Part shown: piece by piece, positions 1 through 5,201 of the stretch | How the letters are laid out: each line of letters begins with the position of its first letter | How positions within the stretch are numbered: the first letter of the stretch is position 1 | Source of the DNA: Candidatus Iainarchaeum sp. | GTDB taxonomy: Archaea > Iainarchaeota > Iainarchaeia > Iainarchaeales > GCA-2688035 | DNA length: 5,667 nt | NCBI GenBank assembly: GCA_028713935.1 | Contig: JAQTNI010000054.1 | Coordinates: 1 to 5,667, forward strand | Direction: 5' to 3' | Translations under genes and position numbers: made by a program | Notes under the pieces: generated by a model | What the model was told of the DNA's origin: nothing | Databases searched by the model: none | The model's input: only the letters and a program-made list of their open reading frames with translations

Positions 1-2
1 CG

Positions 3-191
3 TTTATTTTTTTCCCGATTGTTTTCCTGAGCGGGTTTTTCCTCTTGTTTGACAAATCCTCTGCATTGAGGCTTGCCTGGGCTGTTCTTTTGTTTGTGCT
101 CAGCATCAATTCAGGCTTGCTTGCCCAGTCTCTTGGCTTTTTGGATTCCGCATTAAGGGGCTTTTTTGAATGGATTTTCAGTTCAAGGTGA
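3..191 (+). CDS. 3' end (C-terminal 62 aa) of a hydrophobic membrane protein; the 5' part lies outside the window
   Basis: Plus frame 3 is open from the window edge to TGA at 189-191: FIFFPIVFLSGFFLLFDKSSALRLAWAVLLFVLSINSGLLAQSLGFLDSALRGFFEWIFSSR*. The other two plus frames stop within about 50 nt. It is absent from the ORF track because there is no start codon in the window. The sequence has TM-like hydrophobic stretches. No family was recognised. Confidence 0.4.
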   Translation, partial: FIFFPIVFLSGFFLLFDKSSALRLAWAVLLFVLSINSGLLAQSLGFLDSALRGFFEWIFSSR

Positions 192-193
192 AA

Positions 194-208
194 CAGAATT
201 TTTTTATA
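194..208 (+). promoter_or_regulatory. Candidate archaeal BRE/TATA element for a leaderless or near-leaderless transcript of the 232..810 gene
   Basis: cagaaTTTTTTTATA, with the TATA-like octamer TTTTTATA at 201-208. Its centre is about 27 nt upstream of the ATG at 232, which is the usual archaeal TATA-to-TSS spacing. The same T-run could also terminate the upstream partial ORF. Confidence 0.3.
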
Positions 209-231
209 CTCCCTTGCCCTTATATTAAACC

Positions 232-810
232 ATGAAAGACGCTTTGCTTGAATTCAAAGAGAGAAAAAATTTTTTCCTGCTTGTGCTGATTGAATTATTG
301 CTGGCTGTTTTTGCAGTTGTTTCTTTTTTCAGCATAATTGGCTTTAATTTTTTTGAGGTTGCAAGGACAAGGCAATTGGCATTTTTTTTCAATCCAAGCC
401 TTTTTGATTCGGCTGTTTTTGTTTCAAGCGCTGTCCTGTTTGCAATTGTTTTTTTTGCTGTTAAAAAAAGATTTCCCCTGCTTTACAAGGCAGAGCAAAA
501 AGCCTTTTTTGAAATCAAGTCAAGCGCAAAACAAAAGGTTTCCAGGGCAAAATACGACCCGCGCCCCATTGCACTGCTTATGCTTGAGTTTCTTTTTGTT
601 GTGATTGTTTTTGTTTCCCTTTCAGCTTTTTTTGACCCAAATTTTGAATTAATCCCCTGGAGCAAGGCAGGAATTGTGCCGCCAACCACAACATTGATTA
701 ACCTTGGAATTGCCTTTCTTGTGCTTGCGGGGTTTTACTGGCTTTATTCAAAAACAGCCTCTTACAGGCAGGAAAAAACAATCACGCCAAAACCAGTGCA
801 CAAAAAATAA
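232..810 (+). CDS. Hypothetical integral membrane protein, 192 aa, about 4 predicted TM segments
   Basis: ATG start and TAA stop. There are four long hydrophobic, Phe-rich stretches (FFLLVLIELLLAVFAVVSFFSII; AVFVSSAVLFAIVFFAV; IALLMLEFLFVVIVFVSLSAFF; LINLGIAFLVLAGFYWLY), separated by basic loops (KKRFPLLYKAEQK...). No catalytic motif was recognised. Confidence 0.7.
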   Translation: MKDALLEFKERKNFFLLVLIELLLAVFAVVSFFSIIGFNFFEVARTRQLAFFFNPSLFDSAVFVSSAVLFAIVFFAVKKRFPLLYKAEQKAFFEIKSSAKQKVSRAKYDPRPIALLMLEFLFVVIVFVSLSAFFDPNFELIPWSKAGIVPPTTTLINLGIAFLVLAGFYWLYSKTASYRQEKTITPKPVHKK

Positions 811-836
811 GCCTGATTGCAATCATTGGCCTTGGC

Positions 837-874
837 AGAAAAAATTCGGGGGAGAAATATTCATTGCACTGCAA
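837..874. repeat. Intergenic repeat copy A (38 nt), 27 nt downstream of the 232..810 stop codon
   Basis: agaaaaaattcgggggagaaatattcattgcactgcaa aligns without gaps at a constant offset of 560 nt to 1397-1434, with 33/38 identical. Positions 852-874 match 22/23. The core TTGCACTGCAA is an 11-nt palindrome. Confidence 0.7.
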
Positions 875-909
875 AAATGAAATTTCATCTGCTACGCAAA
901 AAAGGCAGG

Positions 910-917
910 TTTAAATT
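910..917 (+). promoter_or_regulatory. Candidate TATA box for the 949..1359 gene
   Basis: TTTAAATT is centred about 35 nt upstream of the TTG start at 949. This implies a TSS near 940 and a short leader. The call rests on sequence pattern only. Confidence 0.25.
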
Positions 918-948
918 CAAGTAATGCAACTAGTTATTTGGTGTTTTT

Positions 949-1359
949 TTGGCTGATGACAAGGAAAAATATTATCTTGTTTCTCTAGTGCTCAGTTTGA
1001 TATCTGTTGGCTTTTTGTTAATGTGGGGCCTATTGACAGGTAGAAGCGGCACCACAATAATCTTTTGGATTTTATTTGGGACTTTGATTTATTTCTTAGT
1101 GTGGATTTTATACATTGTTAAAAGGGAAACAGGATATTACCTGTTGCTTTTAGCAAATTCTGCAATGGCAATCGCACTTGCTTATGTTTTGATAAATTAT
1201 TTTATTGCCACAAAAGGCATCAACAGTTCTATTCGATTCGCTGGTGACCTGATGATGTTAGAATTTTTTTCACCTTTTATTGCGATATGCATAATTTCCA
1301 TTTGGACAATCTACAAGAGCAAACCATTCATTTCCAAAGAATGGAAAAAAAAGGCGTAG
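949..1359 (+). CDS. Hypothetical small integral membrane protein, 136 aa, about 4 TM segments, TTG start
   Basis: The frame opens after TAG at 931-933. The only in-frame start before the first TM segment is TTG at 949; the first ATG, at 1021, would delete TM1. Hydrophobic segments are YYLVSLVLSLISVGFLLMWGLL; TIIFWILFGTLIYFLVWILYIV; YYLLLLANSAMAIALAYVLINYFI; LMMLEFFSPFIAICIISIWTIY. The C-terminus is basic (KEWKKKA). The gene is markedly AT-rich: single-line spot counts give 27% and 33% GC for 1081-1200. Confidence 0.6.
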   Translation: MADDKEKYYLVSLVLSLISVGFLLMWGLLTGRSGTTIIFWILFGTLIYFLVWILYIVKRETGYYLLLLANSAMAIALAYVLINYFIATKGINSSIRFAGDLMMLEFFSPFIAICIISIWTIYKSKPFISKEWKKKA

Positions 1360-1396
1360 CCCCAAAATTTCTGTTTTTCAAAGATTCTGCTATGAA

Positions 1397-1434
1397 AGAG
1401 AGAATTCTGGAGAGAAATCTTCATTGCACTGCAA
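1397..1434. repeat. Intergenic repeat copy B (38 nt), 38 nt downstream of the 949..1359 stop codon, in the convergent gap before the 3' end of the Lon-like gene
   Basis: agagagaattctggagagaaatcttcattgcactgcaa matches 837-874 at 33/38. The five mismatches are at copy-A positions 840, 842, 848, 851 and 859. Confidence 0.7.
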
Positions 1435-1435
1435 G

Positions 1436-1442
1436 TTTTTTT
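1436..1442 (+). terminator. Oligo-T (T7) tract, a possible archaeal intrinsic terminator for the plus-strand 949..1359 transcript
   Basis: TTTTTTT lies immediately after repeat copy B. It touches the stop codon of the convergent minus-strand gene (TGA at 1442-1444). Archaeal RNAP terminates at oligo-T runs. Confidence 0.3.
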
Positions 1443-2203
1443 CAGAGCAGGTTCTGCATTGCTTCTTCTATGTTTGCGACTTCTTTTACCTGTATGTTCC
1501 AGCCCTGTTGTTTTGCATAATCATTCAGGTTAAGTGTTTTTGGAACATAAGTTGTCCTTTCAAGTATGTAATTGCCCTGCCTCTGCCTTGTGACCTGCGG
1601 TTCGTAATAAGAAATTGTGCTCTGGCCTTTTGGCACTAAAAACAGTGTTTTTCCCTTTCCTGCGCTTGCAGTCATTTTTTCAAGGACTCCACCTATCTGC
1701 CCAATGCTTCCATTGGGATTGATTGTGCCAGTAATCTCAACATTGCTCTTGATTGTTTTTCCCTCTATTGCGGCAATTGTTGCAGCTGTGATTGCTGCCC
1801 CTGCGCTTGGCCCGCCAACAAGCTGTGCGTTTCCCGCTTCAATTGAATAAATTACATCGGAATTTTGCAGGCTTGTTTTTGTAAATGCCTCCGCAACTAT
1901 TTTGGCTGTTTCAGCCGACTGCTGAGTATCGGGCTCTACAAAAGGGTTAAGGGAAAACAATACTCTTCCCTGGCCTGGCTGGATTTCAACAGTCGCAGTA
2001 TTCACAATCCCAGTGTTGTCCTGCGAGTTCACTGCAACAATATCAATGGAAGCGGAAAGAATTTTTTGGGGAGCTGCCTGCAAAGTTGTTAAACCGGCTT
2101 GTTTCTGCCCATTAATGCCGAAATAATCCGCACTAAAAAAACCAAGCGAAAAAGTCGCGGCTAACAATATGAACAACATTGTTGCCTCAAGTTTTCTCAT
2201 CAT
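1442..2203 (-). CDS. Membrane-anchored or secreted Lon-like serine protease (MEROPS S16 proteolytic domain only, no AAA+ module), 253 aa
   Basis: The N-terminus MMRKLEATMLFILLAATFSLGFF looks like a signal or anchor helix. The Lon catalytic Ser motif is present (VGGPSAGAAITAATIAA), as is the downstream Lys motif (IGGVLEKMTASAGKG), typical of the S16 Ser-Lys dyad. I chose the ATG at 2203 over the track's GTG at 2212. AAGTGG, a Shine-Dalgarno-like sequence, lies 5 nt upstream. Confidence 0.8.
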   Translation of the reverse strand: MMRKLEATMLFILLAATFSLGFFSADYFGINGQKQAGLTTLQAAPQKILSASIDIVAVNSQDNTGIVNTATVEIQPGQGRVLFSLNPFVEPDTQQSAETAKIVAEAFTKTSLQNSDVIYSIEAGNAQLVGGPSAGAAITAATIAAIEGKTIKSNVEITGTINPNGSIGQIGGVLEKMTASAGKGKTLFLVPKGQSTISYYEPQVTRQRQGNYILERTTYVPKTLNLNDYAKQQGWNIQVKEVANIEEAMQNLL

Positions 2204-2212
2204 AAAAACCAC

Positions 2213-2302
2213 TTAAAATAGCAAATAGAACAATTGGCCAGGCACTATAATAATTATTGCAAAACTAATTTTTTAAACCTATTTTTTTGATTATTGTATT
2301 GC
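2213..2302 (-). promoter_or_regulatory. AT-rich intergenic region between kae1 and the Lon-like gene with several TATA-like elements
   Basis: The minus strand reads ...GGTTTAAAAAATTAGTTTTGCAATAATTATTATAGTGCCTGGCCAATTG...TATTTTAAGTGGTTTTTATG. It contains TTTAAAAA, the AATAATTATT palindrome and a TGGCCA palindrome. I cannot tell which element, if any, is the functional TATA box. Confidence 0.25.
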
Positions 2303-3283
2303 CTAATTATGCCAAATTATTTCAACATCGTCTGTTCTTTGTTTTGGCAGTATTCTTGTTTCGGAAATTTCCTGTTTTATGCCTGCTTTGTGCTCAACTA
2401 TTCCAAGCCAGGCAATCATTGCGCCATTATCTGTACAAACCCCAAAAGGAGGCACCAACAATTTTGCTCCGCGCGCATTGCACATTTCGTCCAGCATTTT
2501 TCTCAGCGCCTTGCTTGCAGCAACCCCCCCTGTCAAAACAAGCTCTTTTTTTTCTGTATGTGCCAAAGCCCTTTCCGACACTTCTGTCAGCTCCGCAAAA
2601 GCAGTGTGCATTAAGCTGTAAGCCAAATCTGTTTTGTTTTCTTTTGGAATTTTTCTTTCTGCCGCTGTTTCAAGGCCAGCAAAAACAAGGTCCATTCCTT
2701 TTACAGAGTAAGGCAGTTCAATATAATTTTTTGCCTGAAAATACAGTTCATCAATTTTTGGGCCTGCTGGAAAGCCAATGCCAAGGTTTCTCCCGAAAGA
2801 ATCAAGCAGGTTTCCGATTCCAATGTCAAGGGTCTCTCCATAAATCCTGTATCTGCCCGCTTCATAGCCGATTATCTGCGTGTTTGCGCCTGAAGCATAA
2901 ACAAAAATCGCGTTTTTTGCATTGGTAATTTTTTTTGCTATTTCAACATGGGCAACGCAATGATTAACGCCAAGCAAAGGCTTTTTGTTTCCAAGGGCAA
3001 GAGCCCGCGCTGCTGTTGCGCCAACCTGCAAACACTGGCCAAGGCCCGGACCAATCGAGAAACTTACAATGTCAATTTCTTTCATTTTTAGATTTGCTTT
3101 TTCCAATGCCTGCTGAACAACTGTTTTTGCACTTGCATAATGCAAATCAGCTGCCTCTCTTGGATGAATCCCGCCGCTTTCAGTTACATAGCTTTTTTTT
3201 TCGTTTGCAAGAATATTGCAGTTTTCATCCACAATCCCGCAGCCGAAAGTGTGCGCAGTCGATTCCAAGCCTAAACAAATCAT
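2303..3283 (-). CDS. kae1: tRNA N6-adenosine threonylcarbamoyltransferase Kae1 (Kae1/TsaD/Qri7 family), standalone with no Bud32 fusion, 326 aa
   Basis: The N-terminus is MICLGLESTAHTFGCGIV, an ASKHA phosphate-1 motif. The metal-binding HxxxH motif is present in GVNHCVAHVE, along with GGVAASKALR and the C-terminal metal-ligand motif VCTDNGAMIAW. Length and motif order are canonical. Confidence 0.93.
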   Translation of the reverse strand: MICLGLESTAHTFGCGIVDENCNILANEKKSYVTESGGIHPREAADLHYASAKTVVQQALEKANLKMKEIDIVSFSIGPGLGQCLQVGATAARALALGNKKPLLGVNHCVAHVEIAKKITNAKNAIFVYASGANTQIIGYEAGRYRIYGETLDIGIGNLLDSFGRNLGIGFPAGPKIDELYFQAKNYIELPYSVKGMDLVFAGLETAAERKIPKENKTDLAYSLMHTAFAELTEVSERALAHTEKKELVLTGGVAASKALRKMLDEMCNARGAKLLVPPFGVCTDNGAMIAWLGIVEHKAGIKQEISETRILPKQRTDDVEIIWHN

Positions 3284-3322
3284 TGCAATTCCTTTATTAT
3301 TTTTCTTCCAATCATTTGATTC

Positions 3323-3328
3323 AAAAAA
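3323..3328 (-). terminator. Oligo-T (T6) tract just after the stop of the 158-aa ORF; a possible partial terminator or attenuator before kae1
   Basis: The minus strand reads TAAAATTTTTTGAATC... A weak SD-like AAGGA sits 7 nt before the kae1 ATG, and no well-spaced TATA box is present. Read-through co-transcription is therefore equally plausible. Confidence 0.25.
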
Positions 3329-3330
3329 TT

Positions 3331-3807
3331 TTATGGTCTTCTTGCTTTTCTGGTATCTTTGGCAATTTTTTGCCGAAGTTTTTGGATGGCTTCCTCGAAA
3401 GAGTAGTGTTCGGGATTTAAACCGCGCCTTTGCAACTGGCTTATTCGAAGCTGTGAGGGGGTTATGTGCTTAACATGTGAAACCGTTGGGTGTAGTTCCC
3501 TGAATTTTTGAAGCACGCGATACTCCAATAATTGTGCAATGCCTTTTTTTTCAAGCCATCTATCTCTGGTGTCTGGAAATGGATAATAGGCGGCCCAATA
3601 TGCGGTATCCTTTTTTTCAGGTGTTTTTCTGAGCATCATCATTCCCAAATGTCGGCCGAAGGAATAAGGTAATTCCCGAATGGCTTTTCGAATTGTTTGG
3701 TTTGTTAAAAATTCTTTGGATGGGATTCCTTCTTCAATCCAAAAATCGGGCCTAAGACGATCCCCAAATATCGTGTATTTAATTCGGATTCCAAGTTGCT
3801 TTTCCAT
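3331..3807 (-). CDS. Uncharacterised soluble protein, 158 aa, aromatic-rich core with a strongly basic C-terminal tail
   Basis: MEKQLGIRIKYTIFGDRLRPDFWIEEGIP...AYWAAYYPFPDTRDRWLEKKGIAQLLEYRVLQKFRELHP...KIAKDTRKARRP*. I chose the ATG at 3807, which lies 4 nt after the tsaC stop and is preceded by GAAGTGA. The track's TTG at 3837 would overlap tsaC by 26 nt. No family was confidently recognised. EKKGIAQLL followed by a helix loosely resembles GNAT motif A. Confidence 0.65.
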   Translation of the reverse strand: MEKQLGIRIKYTIFGDRLRPDFWIEEGIPSKEFLTNQTIRKAIRELPYSFGRHLGMMMLRKTPEKKDTAYWAAYYPFPDTRDRWLEKKGIAQLLEYRVLQKFRELHPTVSHVKHITPSQLRISQLQRRGLNPEHYSFEEAIQKLRQKIAKDTRKARRP

Positions 3808-3811
3808 TTTT

Positions 3812-4426
3812 TCACTTCTTTTCCAATGCCTTTTCAATTTCTTTTTTCGTAATTTTTCCTTCTCTCAGGATTTTGTGGTTTATTGTGCAGTAAATTGTGC
3901 TTGCTTTTTTTTGAGGAAGCATTCCCGCATCAATTATCAAATCAACCCCATCGGAAAATTTTTCAATCAATTCTTTTGAATCAAAAATTGCGGGTTCTCC
4001 GTGCAGGTTTGCGCTTGTTGCAGTTATCGGCTTTCCGAATGCCCTGCACAATTCCCTTGCAAACTTGTTTGCAGGCACCCTGAATGCAATCCCGTTTTTT
4101 GCAAGGTTTTTTGGAACCTTTTTTTCAGGCGCAATTATTGTAAGAGGCCCGGGAAAAAATTTTTTTGCAAGAACCCTAGTTTCATTGTTTAGTTTCACAA
4201 TTTTTCCAGCCTGTTTCAAATCCGCAATTATCACGCTTATTGGCTTGCTGTTTGGCTGTTTTTTTGCCTTGTGCACTTTTTCCACTGCTTTTTCATTGAG
4301 TGCATCTGCTCCTATGCCATAGCTTGTTTCTGTTGGAAAAATAATCACTTTCCCTTTTCTTAGGGTTTCCAGTGCTTTTTCAATTGCCTTTTTTTTCCCG
4401 TTTTTCAGCTTTATTGTTTCAGCCAT
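3812..4426 (-). CDS. tsaC: L-threonylcarbamoyladenylate synthase, single YrdC-domain form (TsaC/Sua5 family), 204 aa
   Basis: YrdC-domain motifs occur in order: VIIFPTETSYGIGADA, AKKQPNSKPISVII (the position of K-x-R-P-x3-P), FFPGPLTII, IAFRVP and ITATSANLHGEP (SxN). There is no C-terminal Sua5 domain. The ATG directly abuts the upstream stop (TGAATG). Confidence 0.9.
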   Translation of the reverse strand: MAETIKLKNGKKKAIEKALETLRKGKVIIFPTETSYGIGADALNEKAVEKVHKAKKQPNSKPISVIIADLKQAGKIVKLNNETRVLAKKFFPGPLTIIAPEKKVPKNLAKNGIAFRVPANKFARELCRAFGKPITATSANLHGEPAIFDSKELIEKFSDGVDLIIDAGMLPQKKASTIYCTINHKILREGKITKKEIEKALEKK

Positions 4427-4981
4427 TCAAACACCCACAGAAAAAGCAATGCTTAAGACAAAAAAATTGTAAAAGATGTGCGCGAAAATGTTCGGCATTA
4501 AATTGTTGTTTTTCAAAAATGCTTTTGCAAGAACAAGCCCAAGCACAAAAGTGCTTATTATTTCTGCGACAGAGCCATAGGAAACATGTGCCAATCCAAA
4601 GAGAATTGAACTTGGCCAGATTCCAATTTTTTTTGCAAGGAAGCCCCTGAAAAAAACCTCTTCAGCAGTTACCCTCACAATCAGCAGGTAGAACAGGAAT
4701 GGAATGCTTTGCAGCTTCAGGGAATTGAGAGTGTCATAAACCTGTTGGGTATCGTTGAGATTTGCAGCAATAAACAGTACTGACATTGCCAGTGACACAA
4801 TGACAAGGGAAATAAACAGGAAAATTGTTTTTTTGAAAAAGAATTTTGCGCCGGGATTTTTTATTCCAAGTTCCGCAAGAATCTGCCTGAACCCGGTTTT
4901 TTTTGCTTTTCTTGCAATGAAAAAAACCGGAAAAAAAACCAGGAAAAAATCTATTAAAAAATTTAAGAAAAAATAATTCAT
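4427..4981 (-). CDS. CPBP-family (CAAX protease / Abi-like) intramembrane glutamic metalloprotease, 184 aa
   Basis: All three CPBP motifs are present within a multi-TM protein: EExxxR (TAEEVFFRG), FxxxH (LFGLAHV) and HxxxN (AHIFYNF). I chose the start at ATG 4981 (MNYFFLNF...), which overlaps the S27ae stop as ATGA. The track's 29-aa N-terminal extension is the out-of-frame overlap with rps27ae. Confidence 0.85.
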   Translation of the reverse strand: MNYFFLNFLIDFFLVFFPVFFIARKAKKTGFRQILAELGIKNPGAKFFFKKTIFLFISLVIVSLAMSVLFIAANLNDTQQVYDTLNSLKLQSIPFLFYLLIVRVTAEEVFFRGFLAKKIGIWPSSILFGLAHVSYGSVAEIISTFVLGLVLAKAFLKNNNLMPNIFAHIFYNFFVLSIAFSVGV

Positions 4982-5175
4982 TTTTTCCACTCGGTATAGC
5001 CGCACCTTCCGCAGGCAAACCTGTCCTTGTGCGTTGCCATGAATACTCCGGGGCCGCATTTTGGGCAATAGCGGTTTTTTCTTTTCAATGTTCCGCCGCT
5101 TACTTCAAAAAGTGCCTGCTTTGTTTTCTTGGTTTTTTTTGATTCTTTTTTCACTGTTTTTTCCTTTTCAGCCAT
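4978..5175 (-). CDS. rps27ae: 30S ribosomal protein S27ae (eS31), 65 aa, with a Lys-rich N-terminal extension
   Basis: It has a zinc ribbon, [28 protein letters not shown] (CxxC...CxxC), with the characteristic GVFMA.H motif. I chose ATG 5175 (MAEKEK...), preceded by the SD-like GTGAT. The track start at 5184 is GTG. Confidence 0.9.
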   Translation of the reverse strand: MAEKEKTVKKESKKTKKTKQALFEVSGGTLKRKNRYCPKCGPGVFMATHKDRFACGRCGYTEWKK

Positions 5176-5201
5176 TCCAATCACTTTCCCAATTTAAAAT
5201 T

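Noticed and set aside
815-831. A perfect 10-nt palindrome GATTGCAATC followed by tandem TTGGC-CTTGGC just after the 232..810 stop. A similar AATCATTGCAAT lies at the kae1 start region (3278-3289).
   Set aside because: These are short AT-rich palindromes, expected by chance in about 5.7 kb. The two sites share only AATCATTG, and there is no conserved spacing to genes.
877-924. A 15-codon, highly basic mini-ORF (MKFHLLRKKGRFKFK*) in the 811-948 intergenic region.
   Set aside because: It is too short to support, has no SD-like sequence, and overlaps the AT-rich hairpin and candidate TATA region of the next gene.
837-1434. The repeat pair as minus-strand coding remnants. Both copies translate to LQCNE[D/Y]FSPEF, and 3 of the 5 mismatches fall at third codon positions in that frame.
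   Set aside because: With only 5 differences, 3 or more in one codon phase occurs by chance in roughly one of five trials per frame. Neither copy has an ATG, and the only start is the TTG itself. The frames give 14-30 aa peptides, and copy B is out of frame with the adjacent Lon-like gene.
837-1434. The repeat pair as a CRISPR array or as C/D-box sRNA genes.
   Set aside because: There are only two copies, 560 nt apart and separated by a full gene, so this is not an array. I found no RUGAUGA/CUGA box pairs with proper spacing on either strand; the nearest is AATGAAGA with no terminal D box.
1287-1639. Plus-strand ORFs 1287-1520 and 1424-1639, which span the convergent gap and run antisense into the Lon-like gene.
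   Set aside because: Their products are Cys/Phe-rich and motif-less. They overlap the 3' ends of two better-supported genes.
2287-2928. A long plus-strand ORF (213 aa), together with ORFs 2294-2614, 2379-2621, 3016-3420 and 3216-3473, all antisense to kae1 and the 158-aa gene.
   Set aside because: They lie entirely inside and opposite to genes with strong family motifs. Their products are low-complexity F/L/C/Q/S-rich strings with no motifs. Antisense open frames are expected where the coding strand is rich in Lys, Glu and Ala codons.
3808-3837. A TTG-initiated 10-codon extension of the 158-aa ORF that overlaps the tsaC 3' end.
   Set aside because: An ATG 4 nt after the tsaC stop, with an upstream purine-rich GTGA motif, is the more economical start. 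The extension has only a non-ATG start and a 26-nt overlap. The similar TTG/GTG extensions of S24e (5553-5585), S27ae (5176-5184) and the Lon-like gene (2204-2212) were trimmed for the same reason.
4734-5018. A minus-strand alternate-frame ORF (94 aa) and a plus-strand ORF (4755-4976) inside the CPBP gene.
   Set aside because: They are embedded in a gene with three intact catalytic motifs. Their products are low-complexity Lys/Phe-rich sequences caused by the A/T homopolymer runs.
4982-5068. A 29-aa N-terminal extension of the CPBP ORF ([29 protein letters not shown]) overlapping rps27ae by about 90 nt.
   Set aside because: It is simply an alternate reading frame of the S27ae zinc-ribbon coding sequence. 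The internal ATG at 4981 gives a canonical ATGA stop/start overlap, and the protein then begins at its first TM helix.
5104-5175. Lys/Glu-rich extensions on S27ae (N-terminal [20 protein letters not shown]) and on S24e (C-terminal KKGKEEKTKPKENAPAPTKKEEAK, 5205-5276).
   Set aside because: Charged low-complexity tails on ribosomal proteins are common lineage-specific variation. They are noted but not treated as a separate system.
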